From the human T2T-CHM13v2.0 reference genome, Homo sapiens: DNA of 64,000 bases. Positions 28,113 through 42,084 of the stretch are shown piece by piece; position 1 is the first letter of the stretch, and each line of letters begins with the position of its first letter. The notes under the pieces were generated by a model, which was given only the letters and a program-made list of their open reading frames with translations, had not been told where the DNA came from and made no database searches. The DNA lies in the NCBI RefSeq assembly GCF_009914755.1, contig NC_060928.1; one strand, written 5' to 3'. Made by a program: the position numbers and the translations under genes.

Positions 28113-29139
28113 AACCTGACTTTGGTCTGTGCTGGCTGCAGGTTCTGGAGAGCTGTTTGAAGTGACAAGATGGCAAATGAAAGGGTCAGTTGGTTGCCTG
28201 GTGGATTATTCGTCCTCATAACACTTTACCTAGAAATTTTGCCTTTTCTCACAAAACCATAATAATGGACAAACAGCATGAACCTAGATATGCACCCCCA
28301 GTCACTATCGTAAGGTCAAGTTGGTATGAGTCACATAAGTAGAGGACTAGAAGTTTTATCTGAATAGTATTGTCATAGTGGCTAGGAATGAGAGTGAAAA
28401 GTAGACTAGATGTGTGCTTTGATATGGCTTGGAGCAAAAGGTCAGGTATTGGGGCACTTCTGAAATGATATCTATTATTTAGGAACTGGGTCAGGAAAAT
28501 CTATAATTACATTCCTACTGTATTTACATACCATTCATTCCTAAGAGAGCTCTTCCAAAAAAAAAAAAAAAAGAGATGTCAGTGCATAAAAAATAAACTC
28601 CATTTCTTTCTCAAGCCCAAAGTACATAAATCTTGAAATTTTCCAGCTAAAAAATAGGCATATGTTCTAGCATCAGCTTTAATTTATCCCACATTCATTC
28701 TCTGCTACAATAAAGTGACAAAGCCATTCATATTTTATGTTATATCTAATTATCTGTTTTTCAGTTAGATAAATATGCTTTATATCCTAGGTACCATCAG
28801 AATTTCAAAGCTCAGAAAATCACTAATGAGAATGGAAGGAATTAACCATCATGCAAGCAGAAGCATGCGGCTACCATGCTACATTGCTCAGAGTTCATGT
28901 AGCAGTTTAATCAGGGTAGCAGCTGTGCAATGAGCTTTGTTGGAACTGGAGTCTCGCATCCTAAATGTGAAATATCTACTGTTTGAAAGGGTGATAACTT
29001 TATGCCTTGCAAAGAAAACAGTCCTCAAGTGTTATTTTTTAATGAATTAACCCTTTATCTTTCCTCACACCTTTTCTCTTCTTTTTTTTTTTTTTTTTGC
29101 CCTCAGAAGTATTTAAAGGATAATCCCATATGATAACTC

Positions 29140-29216
29140 ACACTGCCTAGCTTCAGTACAATGTCTCATACATTGCAGGCACTCACAAACATTTGTTTAA
29201 TGAATGAATAAGTGAA
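29140..29216 (+). mobile_element. L2 3' end
   Basis: gcaggcactcacaaacatttgtttaatgaatgaataagtgaa. Confidence 0.65.
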
Positions 29217-30707
29217 AGTCCAATGGAAAATTACACTGTTGAATTTACAATGGTTTTAGAGGTACATCTCTAAATTTGTTGATTTATTTAGGATTGTACA
29301 TTGTCACATTTTCACTGCTAAATTTCATATTATTCATTAAAGAAAGGCAGTGTTGGAGAGTTTTATAGTTGACAGATGAATTATCTATAACTTCTAATAT
29401 ACTCAGACATCATGTTTTTCTAGCATGTAACTTTTAAAATATAAACTCTCCAACATTTAAAGTTTTAACACTTTTTAGTAATTTTTTAAGAAATGACAGA
29501 TCAATAGTAGCTTTCCATAAATAAAAGCCTATTAATTTGTATAACATAACAAAATTCAGTGCAACATAAATTCATATAGTACTCCTACAAGAAATCTATA
29601 GGAGTAAAATTATGATTATAAAAATCAACAGACTTAAACAAACAAATAACAGCTTTCAATTAAGTTTATAGATACCAAAGACATTCAACCTTTAACATCC
29701 CACTGTGTAAAATCAAATGGGAAAGGATAAAAGGACCAAAGCTATGGTTAGTAATATAATTGATTGCTGCCCTACCTACAAACTAATTTGTTTTAATATC
29801 TGTGCTAGAACCAGTATGTTACCCCTTTTAACTTTAGCTAAATAATGTTTATACAAACCTTACTATGCAGAGCTATCTTTAACAAGAGCATCCCATTGAG
29901 GAAAAAAGAAAATAGAAAGATATGAAAATTTTCACTTTTTTCTAATACCAACAGATATCACTTTATTGATATTGCATTTCTGTATATAATGACATAGAAT
30001 ATGAGCATTCCCTGTAGTTCAGTTTTACTGACAGTAACATTGCACAAATCATTTTAGGGCTATGTGCTATGCAGAGACATTGTACAGTTAATTGGCATCA
30101 TTAAGTAACATTTTGAAATGATGAGGTGTTCAAATGTAGTAGTTAAAGGCTTGATTGGACATTGCTAAATTGGGTACTAGATCTCTAAAGAGATGGAATT
30201 TACCCCCTAGTAGGCTTTATCCTTTTTCACTTGTCTCAGATTTGGAACTCATTTCTTTTAGGTTGAAAATTTTATGTTCATGTTGGAAACTTAAATTTTA
30301 ACAATTAAAAGATTACTTGAAATGCAATGCTACCCACGGCTGCCTGTCATTTTGGGAGTTTCTTATAGATTCTTTTTAGGGATAAGAATTATGTTAAAAC
30401 CAGATGCTAGAATTGCTTTAATTTTTATTCCCCAATTTCTCATTTCCATTTTGACAAAGAGGCCCAAAACATGAATAGCCTTTTGATCTGTTTTTTTCTC
30501 CCATATCAGTTCCCATGAGACCAGTGACTTCATTCTTTCTGTTATTGCAGGTTTACATTTTGCAGTCATCTTTTATTCTTGCATCACTATCTTCAATCAT
30601 TGTGGCCAATTCTTTCCAGGTCATTCTCAAACCTCCATATCAAAGCTATAGATCAATAACTATCAGAACAAGTTAAACATTAAGATAAAGTTAATCATCT
30701 TTTCTTT

Positions 30708-30910
30708 ATAATAATAACCACCACTGAATTGCAATTGTTATGAGGTATTATGCTAAACACTTTATCAAATCTTATGAAATAGGGGTAATTTTTATTCTCA
30801 TCTCACATGAGAACTTGAGGCACATAAAAATTAAGGCATTTTGCCCCAGGTCTCATGGCTGGCAAGTGGTCTGTCTGACAGTAGAGAGCCAGCTTCAAGC
30901 ACTGTACTAT
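30708..30910 (-). mobile_element. MIR
   Basis: atgctaaacacttta...cttatgaaatagg...gagaacttgaggcaca...ttgccccaggtctcatggctggcaagtgg is the MIR core. Confidence 0.75.
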
Positions 30911-31059
30911 AGGGCCACTGTGTCATGACTATAAACCTTTCATGGCATGGTCTATACATTTGGGCTCTTCAGCTTCAAATTTATCTATCATGCAGGCATG
31001 ACACTAGGTTTTCACTTGCACTGGAAGTCAACTGCTGGAAAATTAGTCTGTAGAAAACC

Positions 31060-31330
31060 GTAGGCCACAGAGTTCCTGAATGTGTTAGTAAGAGGCTTAG
31101 ATTTTATTTTGGATGGGCTGGGAAATAATTGAAGGGTTGTAACAGGGAATGTGCAGAATTGCATTGTGGAGAGATCTAATTGGAGATTGGGGGAAAGATG
31201 AGCAGGCCCTAAACTGTGATAATGTTGGCAAGCTTGAAGGGAGGGACAGAATCAGAAAATATTTGTAAGTGACATCTCTAGGCCCCTGTGATTTACTGGC
31301 TGGAGGATGAGCAGGTGAGAGGTGTTTGTT
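31060..31330 (-). mobile_element. L2 relic
   Basis: taagaggcttagattttattttgg...ttgaagggttgtaacagggaatg...ggccctaaactgtgataatg. Confidence 0.55.
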
Positions 31331-32074
31331 TTGAAAAAAGTGATTTTGAAGAGAGGTCAGAAAAAGATTTTCATTTTTTTACTTCATGTGTTCATGAGTT
31401 GGGGAGTCAGGGTACAGAAGGAAAGACACATGAAGCCAGGGACTGACACAGAGACCAGACACACAGTGGGTGCTTCATGGATAGCTGTTGAATGATTTGT
31501 GAAAATCAGATAGCAGTGGTGAGGGTTTTTATGCAAGTGAAATACAAATGAACTTCTCAAGGTGCCATATCTGAGTTGTGGCTTTGATCTGGTTCCTGAC
31601 TTTGAATTATTTTGTTCCTATGAAGTACAGGACTTTGTAATAAAAATCCACCATACACAAAATCCCCTGGACTTAAGAATATCTCCACAAGTTATAAGAA
31701 TTGAAACTGCTTAGAAGGAACAATTGCTTGTACTCAGCCAGTCATCCTCAGCTGCATGAGTCTCAAAACGGGGGTGGAGAGTGTCTACCTCCTCCAGAAA
31801 AGGTTTTTAGAGCGAAATCAAAGAGACTGCCTCTTCTCCACCAAAATTATTTGTCTTAAGATGGGGACAAGAAACCTGGCACCCAGGAGTAAGGACACAG
31901 ACGTGCTCTCTCATTTTAAGCTGAAGCTGAACTGTCTTGTCCTAAAAACATATGCCCAGACTCTAGAAAAGCTCTCTTAGACAGACTGCTAATTTCTCCA
32001 TTTCTGTCACTTAAGAGGATTTTAGGGACATATAACTTTGAGAATTCCATTCTGCAGCTTTCAGAGGTAATACA

Positions 32075-32290
32075 ATCCAATACTCATAGTGGGCTTACGG
32101 TGTACCCGGCACTTTTCCAAACATTCTACTTGTTATAGCTTCTTTAATTGAGGTACGTATTCTTATCATTCTCCATTTGGGAGATTTGAGAGAGAGGCAA
32201 AGTATGTGCCTTAAGATGACACAGTTGGTGGGTAGGAAAGCAGAACTTTAACATCAGCAGTAAAACCCTGAGACTATTGTTTTAATGTGT
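32075..32290 (-). mobile_element. MIR
   Basis: ggcttacggtgtacccggcact...tgaggtacgtattcttatcattctccattt...tgccttaagatgacacagttggt. Confidence 0.65.
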
Positions 32291-33129
32291 TTAATAAATG
32301 CCCCACTAAGAAACCAGAGCAAATTAAAAGTATGCTGTGTTCTATTAATTTGATACAGGCAGAAGAAATCTAAAAACAGCAAAGAGTGATATTTAAGAAG
32401 AACTCTATTTTAAGTAGTTATAGGACATATGCTTAAACTGAGTGAACTTTTTATGAACTTTTCATCAGAGATTTTTTTTTAATTGTTGTTTTTCTCCTGT
32501 GTCTGTGACTGAATAAATGGCCTCTGTTCACTGGAATGCTTCACATGCTTCCTCTCTCAGTTGTAGGTGTGTTTATTTCTATTCAGACACCAAAGGCCTA
32601 TGGGTATCTGCAAATTAACAGTTTCATTTGCTATTATGTTCCATCATTGTGAAGCAGCACAGGAAATTAACATATCTGTAACCACGCCCTTACTATATAA
32701 TATGAAAGTGTAAATTAAAACATGCCGTGTTCATTAAACTGAGATAAAACCACATTTTGAAAATAAAGTTTAGTAAGTGGATACTTAGTATCACATTGGC
32801 GATACTAAGCTTATGACTTGCTTTTAATATTTGGATTGCAAATAAATTTGGAAGCTAATGTATGGAGTACAATAATAGCGAAAAGCATGGGCTTTGATAT
32901 TAGACATGGCTATGCATCCGAATATCTTATTATTGGATATTCGATTCAAGAACATATCAGAATAGTAATTATGTTGTATTTGATTCAGTGGCTGAGATTG
33001 AAGGGCAACTAACCAACAGAGGAGAAGATATTATTGATTGTTCTAAAGATTTATCCTCCAAAGCTTTCCTTTACCCTATCTTGTTACATCTTTTTTAAAC
33101 AATGCTAATTGTGTCCCTTGTACATATTC

Positions 33130-33345
33130 TTATTCAACTCCTCAGCAAACATCTTCTATGTGACCAACATTCTGAGAGGTGCTGGAGATGCAGGGAAGAG
33201 TAAGATGCTATGCTTGACCTGCAGTATCTTGAAGCTAGTTGGGGCAGCAAACCATTAAGACATTCAGCAGCATAGCTGTTGTCTGCAGAAACAGATGGGG
33301 ATCCAAGGGTTGGAAATAATACAGAGGAGAGATGGATTCATTTGA
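33130..33345 (-). mobile_element. L2 3' part
   Basis: ctcagcaaacatcttctatgtgacc...ggtgctggagatgcagggaagagtaagatg. Confidence 0.55.
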
Positions 33346-33641
33346 AGAGTTCTCTTGTTGCATGCTTAATATAATTAAAGTGCCTAGCCACTAGTAGATG
33401 ACAGTTTTCTAATTTTACACATCATGTAATCCCCTTAGTCTTGAAGATATTGATGGTGTTAATCACTTGAATGCAGTGACATTAATAATTTCTTAGATAA
33501 AAAGTATACTGTTTCCAATCATAAATTCCCTGCCTCCCAGACTCTCTGTGAGCCTCATGTGCATAAGTGGAGGGAAGGACCTGCTGATCTAAGAATACCC
33601 CTAGTGTCAAAGAAGTAAATGGTCAAGTAAGGTTGTCCTAA

Positions 33642-33985
<344 letters not shown>

Positions 33986-34516
33986 GCAGAATCTTTACCT
34001 AGGTTACTGTTGTCCATGTGGGTAACAATCTTGACATCTGAAGTGTTCATTGAATAAAAATTTGTATTGAATATTCTTCTAACAAAATCTGAAAAAAGTA
34101 CAGAGCTATTTTTGAAATGGATGAGAATGTATGGTAATTTAGCTAGTTCATTGTATGTGTCCTGTTTTCAGTTATCATTGCTACTGAATTATTTATCTTT
34201 AGGTGTATAAATTATAGTCAAGATGCTTACAATTGATGAAGGAAGAATGATTTTAAAACACAGAGCAAAATGTTATTTTAAATACAGAAGTCTATTCTTC
34301 TCCTCCATGAATAACTGGCATTCTGTTTCTATTGTATATTAGGTTGAAATATGTGTTTTTGTCATTACCAGTGTTTCCACAGGATAAGACTGAAGGCACA
34401 AGCATTTAATATTTGCTGAAAGCACTTAAACAGAAAAAATATTGGCTAGTGAGATTAAGAATGAAATAAGGTAGACAAATAGCTGGCTGCAAAAGAGACC
34501 TTAAAAAGTTTCTCAG

Positions 34517-34724
34517 AGCCTGGCCAAAATGGCAAAACCCCATCTCTACTAAGAATACAAAAATTAGTGGGGTGTGGTACCATGCACCTGTAATCTCAGC
34601 TACTCAAGAGGCTGAGGCAGGAGAATTGCTTGAACCCAGGAGGCAGAGGTAGGTTGCAGTGAGCCAAGATCATGGCACTGTATTCCAGCCTGGGCAATAG
34701 AGCAAGACTCTGTCTCAAAAAAAG
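34517..34724 (+). mobile_element. 5'-truncated AluS
   Basis: Starts at agcctggccaaaatgg. TSD aaagttt(c/a)tcag on both sides. Confidence 0.9.
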
Positions 34725-36547
34725 AAAGTTTATCAGTCTATTAAGAATATACTTGATTTTTACAAGAAGAATCAATTGCTTTACAAAGTTATTTATCTAA
34801 AATGTATGAATAAAAATGTATAACTATAAACATATCTATAAAACTGGTAAAGATCAAAAGCTCAGGTATCTTTAACTTTCTCTGCTTCTACTATTCACAA
34901 AAATATTTGCTCAGAGACACAGAAACTCATCTTCAAGATTTATTTTTATCTGGGTGGAGTTACAGAGTTGCCTTGGTAACAGCAACTATCACCAAATTAA
35001 GTGTTAAGCACACGTTTTTAAACATTTTTAACATTTTAAAAATGCAGATGCCAAAGGAGAGCAATGTCAGGAGAGAATGTTGTAAACTCCCTTTTTCCCA
35101 CATCTACTTGACATTACAAGGTTTGTACTACTTTCAGAAATTCTCCAGTGTTTAAAAAATGCGTCTATAAACACACATATACACAGAGCACTTCTTATTG
35201 AAGTAATCACCTTAAAAATTATGTAATGCAATGAAAACCACAATGGTTTTCCTACCATTGACTAAGAAAGCAAAGGACCTTTCTTCTGAAAGTGAGGAGG
35301 ACCTCTTGCCTCCTGTCATTTGTGAATAGAACTCTGTAGTCAGAACCAGAGCATTTCTGGCATTTGGTCTAGAATCATTCTGAAGGGCAAGCCTGGTGCT
35401 GTGTTGCTAAGCACAAACAATTTGGTATTTGGCTCCAAAAATATGCTCGAGATTAGTTCTTCCCTCAGCAACAGGCGCTCAGCCAAATAATTTTTAACCA
35501 ACTCTCAGAGCCCAGTATTGCTTGAGCTACTGAGATCCTATTTCAAGTTATTGCTATCAAGATATGGAGGAGAGTGAAATACTGACACTTGTGAGATCCC
35601 AAGACTTACACTAAATCCATACAATTTCTGTCCTGAATTAAAAATTTTTTTAAAAAAGAGATGAAAAGTGTGACATTTCCAAACCACGTAATTGGTTTCT
35701 TTCACCTTAAACTCCAAGTTAGAGAAGTATTTTGTTGTTGTTTGTTTTGTTTTAAAACTAGACTTGGTGGAATACAGAACATAAACATTTTAAACAAAAT
35801 ATTAAACTTCTAGAACAGTGGATCACTTAAAATGAAAACTTTAAGACTTTCCTTAGACTGAGTTTTTTATTCTTAAAAAAAATTAAAAGGAAGTTGAATT
35901 TTATTTCTAAACGGTGCAGGACAAATGAATAAAATACATTTTGCCTCTGTCTTAAACTTAGAACAAATACGCAATCTCTTTAACAGTATGTAAAAATTCA
36001 GTCTTTTCTTTCTTTGGTTTCCAAATTACAATGAAATGAAACATTTTCCTTTTATGTGTAATTAGTGCAGTTTAACTAAGAGTTATGGAGCATCTTTCCA
36101 CCTCATGGTGTATCCATGTAGCTGAATTTCTTCAGCATTTGCTTTTTTAATTTGTATAAGGAGTAACTGTTCCATATCTTAGAAATCTTTGAAATTAGAA
36201 GTTGATCTAATAGCATCTCTAATGTAGTCTCTCCTTGAATTTTAAATATAATAGATATGACCTGTTATTTAAAAGATATAGTGTTTACTGGCATATAACA
36301 GTTGTGTTGAGAATTTTTCATTGAATAAAATATATTTCCCTTGAAATTTTTGTTTTATGGTCATATCTCATAATCCACCTCTGAATCAATGAACACTTGT
36401 ATTGGTGGAGAAAACAAAGATCCTTCAGACAGACTTTCTGTGTGGTATGTTCTTTCTGTTTCTTTTCTAATAACATTAACTTACATTTAAAATTATTATA
36501 ATTCACTCTATTTTCACAAATCATCAAATCATACTCAGATATTTAAA

Positions 36548-37667
36548 AATAAATTTTATTGTATATATTTACAGTAAACAACATGCTGTTATAAGATGAA
36601 TGTATATGGTGAAAAGGTTATTATAGTGACAAAAATTAACACATCCATTGTCTATCTCACGTAGTTACCCACTTTTTCCCCTGTGGCAAGAGCAGCTATA
36701 ATCTACTCAATTAGCAAAAATCCTGAATACAATACACTATTACTAACTATAGTTGTCATCCTGCATGTCAGCTTTTTAGTTCCTCCTACATATCTGCTAC
36801 TTTGTATCCTTAGATCTACATCTCCCAATCTCCTCCCTGCCACCTCACTCATGGTAACCAGTGTGTGGACTGTGTTTTTTGTTTTTTTATTTTGAGACAG
36901 AGTTTTGCTCTTTTGCCCAGGCTGGAGTGAAGTGGCGCCATCTCGGCTCACTGCAACCTATGCCTCCTGAGTTCAAGTGATTCTCCTTTCTCAACTGCCT
37001 GAGTAGCTGGGATTACAGGCACCTGCCACTATGCCCGGCTAATTTTTGTACTTTTAGTAGAAACAGGATTTCACCATGTTGGTCAGGCTGGTCTTGAACT
37101 CCTGACCTCAGGTGATTCACCCACCTCGGCTTCCCAAAGGGCTAGGATTACAGGCGTGAGCTACCACATCCGGCCGGTAACCACTGTTTTATTCTAACTT
37201 TATATTTGAACTTTTTCTTTTTAGATTCCACATATAAGTGAGATTATGCAATTTTGTGTGTGGATGTGTGTTGGACTTATTTCCCACAGCTTAATATCCT
37301 CCAGGTCCATGCATGTTGTGGCAAATGACAGGGTCTTCTCCTTTTTTAAGGCTGAATAATATTCCATTGTATATACATATACCACAGTTTCTTTTATCCA
37401 TTCATGCACCAACACATACCTAGGTGGTTTCCATATCTTGGCTACTGTAAATAATGCTGCAATGAATATAGCAGTGCAGATATCTTTATGAGGTGATGAT
37501 TTTATTTCCTTTGGGTACATCCAGAGGAGGGATTGCTGGGTCTTAGGTAATTCTAATTTTAATTTCTTTAGGAACCTCCGTACTATTGTCCATAATGACT
37601 GCACCAATCTATATTTCCACCAACAATGTACAAGGGTTCCCTTTTCTCTACACACTTATCAACACTT
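36548..37667 (-). mobile_element. L1MA (MA8/MA9-like) 3' end, interrupted by an Alu
   Basis: 3' UTR motifs (ttagattccacatataagtgagattatgc, ttaaggctgaataatattccattgt). ORF 37221-37655 translates to the L1 ORF2 C-terminus (CTAIFIAALFTVAKIWK, MEYYSALKK). Confidence 0.88.
36875..37175 (-). mobile_element. AluS (Sq/Sp-like) nested in L1MA
   Basis: Alu body. TSD ggtaacca(g/c)tgt (36853-36864 / 37176-37187). Confidence 0.92.
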
Positions 37668-37669
37668 AA

Positions 37670-38242
37670 ACTGAACATGTAGACTTTTTCTTTTCATTAT
37701 TCTCTAAACAATATAGTATAAAAACTATTTACATAGAATTTACATTGTATTGGGCATTATCAGTAATCTAGAGATTATTTAAAGCAGCAGTCCCCAACCT
37801 TTCTGGCACCAGGGACTGGTTTTCTGGAAGAAATGTTTCCACGGACAGGGATGGTGAGGGGAAGGGGAATGGTTTTGGGATGATTCAAGCACATTACATT
37901 TATCATTAGATTCTCATAAGGAGCGCACAACCTAGATCCCTCACATGTGCAGTTCACAATAGGGTTCGTGCTCCTATGGCAATCTAATGCCACCACTGAG
38001 CTGACAGGAGGAGGAGCTCAGCTCTTGCTGTGCAGCCTGGTATCGAACAGCCTAACAGGCTATGGACCAGTACTGGTCATGGCCCTGGGGTTGGGGACCC
38101 CTGATTGAAAGTATATGAGAGGATGTGCATAGGTTATATACAAATACTAAGCCATTTTATAACAGGGGCTTAGGAATCTGCAGATTTTAGTACCCAAGGG
38201 AGGTCCTGAAACCAATCCCCTATGGCTACTGAAGGACAACTG
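37670..38242 (+). mobile_element. MER2 (TcMar-Tigger), left end missing, interrupted by MER1B
   Basis: actgaacatgtagactttttc...ctatttacatag...aatctagagattatttaaag resumes as tatatgagaggatgtgcataggttata...ggtcctgaaaccaatcccc...ggacaactg. Confidence 0.88.
37785..38103 (+). mobile_element. MER1B (hAT-Charlie)
   Basis: TIRs cagcagtccccaacc / ggttggggacccctg. 8-bp TSD atttaaag (37777-37784) / attgaaag (38104-38111). Confidence 0.93.
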
Positions 38243-38635
38243 TGTATCATTCTTAACAGAAAAAAACAAAATCTGTTTTGTAAATAAAATTTTTTCATTA
38301 TTATTTCCATTTCACTCTGGAATTTAGTTAGAAATTAAGATTAACAAAATATTAATTGACTACTAAAATGTACCAGCACTAGCAGCACATACCAAAAACT
38401 AATACAAATATTCCAATAATATTAAATAATGATTGCATTTGTATTTCATCTGAGAGTGGTTTATGGTTCTTCCCCATAAGTGGCTGATTTATTGATGGCC
38501 ACTTTTTCTTAACTCCTGGTCTTTCTCACAATCACAGAAAACAGTCCCTTATCACACAAATAAAAAAGTCATCTCACCATTCCTCTGTACCTTTTATCTT
38601 AACAGACTTGTGTTTTGAAATATTATTTATACTAT

Positions 38636-38927
38636 TTTTTAATTTTTTGAGACCGGGTCTTTCTCTGTCACCCAGTCTGGAGTGCAGTGCGCGATCTTGG
38701 CTCACTGCAGCCCCAGCTTCCGGGTTCAAGCAATTCTCCTGCTTCAGTTTCTTGAGTAGCTGGGATTACCAGCGCCCATCACCACACCCAGCTAATTTCT
38801 GTATTTTCAGTAGAGATGGGTTTCACCATGTTGGCTAGGCTTGTCTCTATCCCCTGTCCTCAAGTGATCCCTGCAACTTGACCTCCAAAAGTGCTGGGAT
38901 TATAGGCATGAGCCACCATGCCTGGCC
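38636..38927 (-). mobile_element. Alu (old S or Jb)
   Basis: Alu body. TSD ttatttat(ac/gt)tat. Confidence 0.9.
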
Positions 38928-40729
38928 TTATTTATGTTATATTAACTCTAATAATCACTATGCCACTTTCTGTTGTAATTCTTTAGGCACTTCTTCTTTG
39001 TATGTTTTTAATTAGCATGTAGTTATATAGTTATGTATTTACGTTTAGATATACCTCCAAGTAGCCAATATTCTACATGAAGTGATAAAGGATTTATTTA
39101 TCCCTGAAATTATGAAAAGTCTGCCTTGTTTTTTCTTTCTTGCATTGTGCTACAGTACACACATACACGGACACACGAATGCACACACATGCACACTGGG
39201 TTCTGCTAATTATCATTTCCTTAGTTCCATATCATCCCCCAACCCCTAAGCCACCTGTGTCCATACCAGTCTTCCCACTGCCTACCAGCCCCATGTCAGA
39301 TGACCTCCATCAGTAGTATCTCCATTTATGGTGTCTCGCCTTTCTGACACATAGTAACAAGTGAGGTGTTAAGACTAACAAGAGAAAGAAGGCATTATTC
39401 TTATCTGGCTAGAAAGAAAACAATCAGCAACTTGTCTTTTATTTAAGGGAAGAAGGCTTCACTCTACTATATTTTCAAGATATTCCAAAACTGCAACAGA
39501 CCCTTTCAATTATTTTACTTTCATCTATTACCAAAAAGGCCAACTTTTAGATTGAGGCAATGAAAACTCAGAAACTTTTTTGGAATGACCTTCAGATTTG
39601 AGATGACCACTGTTTCAACAATATTTCAGTTATAATTCTTTCTCTATATTCATTTAGGGAAATTTGATTCTGAAAAATACAAATAGCTTCCTTTCTCCTG
39701 AGCTAGGACTGTATTTAGAAGGGAATAAATTGTAGATTTTATTAAAATTTGATCACATTTTCTTTTTTTGTGCTACGACACAGTAGCAATGTAGATTGAA
39801 GGCTTTTACATGTATTTTTAAAATTGCCATAGAGAATTATTTGTATTAATCATAGATTTCCAAGGCTGCAAAAGCTAAATAGTAAAGCATATAATAATGG
39901 TAGCGTTAATTTGAAAAAAAATTCCAGCTAGCAAAACATGAGTCTAGATGTAGATATCATGTTCAAAAATCACAAAGCAGATTGCCAGCAAAAAATTGAA
40001 CCAAGTTTTTCCCCTTCAGAAAACTAGCTTTATTTAAAAAAATTTCCTAATATTTAAATTGATTCACACGTTTATAACTATACAAGGGTTTCCTTGTTTC
40101 ATCAAAGAAATAAGTATGAATGAGCAGAATGTTTTAGTATAAAAGTTTACAAAGTTTATTCACACTCGGAACAAAGGAATAAGTAGGAAAAAAAGAGCAA
40201 CTAAAAACAAATGAATTCTTTTCCCCATCCCTCTCGTTTGTCTCCAATCAGTTAAATCCTTTTAATGATATATCATAAGTAGCTTCATGCTTTAGTTCAC
40301 ATTGACGATATTCTTATATCTACATCATTAATAATCAAAATAGTCTTTCTGTCTTTAGTTTTGCTGTCTCTAAGTCAGAACTCAATACTGTTGCTCTAAA
40401 ATACAAATGTTAAGATGATTCTTCAGGAGCTTCTCATCACCTGTACTATAATGCTACTAGCATGAGAGCACCCACCTAGCCTTCTTATCTCAAGTCCTGC
40501 CCTGCCACTCTGTACATATATCCCCTCTTTAATTCACCCTTAGACAGAGACAGAGAGGGCCACGCATCTTGCCTTTTCCTGAATTAATATGTGGTTTTTG
40601 CCCCATGCTTTAGCACATGTGAATCCATTTGTCCAGCATGCCTTTGCTCACCTGTGTACAAGAAGAGCTACATAACAGATCAAAAGGAACATCAAAGGCG
40701 CTGGTTCTTAGAGTCTCATGTCCATTCCT

Positions 40730-41143
40730 CCAATTCTCGCCACTTCTGGATGCACTGTTTCTTATGAGCTTCCTTAAATATGCTGTGCCTTTTTGCTTTC
40801 TGCGTATGGGCATCTCCAGTGCCAAAGTAAGAGGAGATTTCTGCAGAATTTCAGGAAGTTAATATCCTAGTGGCAGCTCTCAGACAATGGGAGACAGGAG
40901 CTAATGGCTGTTTCTTCGTTTTGTCCTTCAGGCTGATAATCCAGAAAACCAATCTGCACAATGCTTGAGAAGGTGCAGAGAATTAGAGCCCTCATTGCCC
41001 TCAATGCAGTACCTTTATATTGGCTTTTTCTCCTTATTCATCACATGCTCCTGTTTCCCGAGATTGCCACCCACATATACTACTTGCACCCTACACTATA
41101 TTTCAGGCTCTTCCTTCAGGATAATGAAACCAAGCTAAAGGCA
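40730..41143 (+). mobile_element. LTR16-like ERVL solo LTR
   Basis: caatgggagacaggagc...gagccctcattgccc...ttatattggctttttctcc...tactacttgcaccc...tcaggctcttcc...aaaccaagctaaaggca matches LTR16 motifs. Left boundary approximate. Confidence 0.7.
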
Positions 41144-41637
41144 AAATCCAACTTTTGTTTAACTCATCCTGCTTCTGAGCTCCCAAGATCCCTGAACCTA
41201 CTTCTCTTATATAATTTATTATAGAAAGTTATTTAAGCATGAGATTTCTCTAGTTTATCTTTGAATCTCCACTGTCAATATAGTCTCTGGCCAATGAAAG
41301 CTGTTCAGTTAATGTGTGGTGATTCAATACATGCACTCCTAATTCTCATTTATGAACATTTTGTTAAATCGTGGCCTATAGGAAATAGGCATGTAAAATG
41401 CACCTGTAAGTTTTATAGCACCTAGTACAGAGTGACAGCTCAAAACTATTTGCAGAATGAAAGAAAAAAGGAAGTTGACTCTCCAAAACAATACACATGG
41501 CCAAAGCCTGGAAAAAAGTAATAGTGTCCCAGTGTAACTTCTAGGAGGTGTGAGGAAGAAAGAAAAACAAAATTGGCACCTTTTCCCAGGCTTTAGACTG
41601 AGAGATATTAACTTGGAGAGGGGAAAGCATAGTCTAA

Positions 41638-42084
<447 letters not shown>

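Noticed and set aside
28557-28572. Isolated A16 run (also T17 at 29082-29098) as a retrocopy tail
   Set aside because: No TSD or recognisable retroposed body next to either run.
29580-29608. Hairpin tactccta...taggagta as a MITE or miRNA
   Set aside because: Only an 8-bp perfect stem with weak extension, compatible with chance.
37221-37655. 144-aa minus-strand ORF
   Set aside because: Degenerate L1MA ORF2 C-terminus and 3' UTR.
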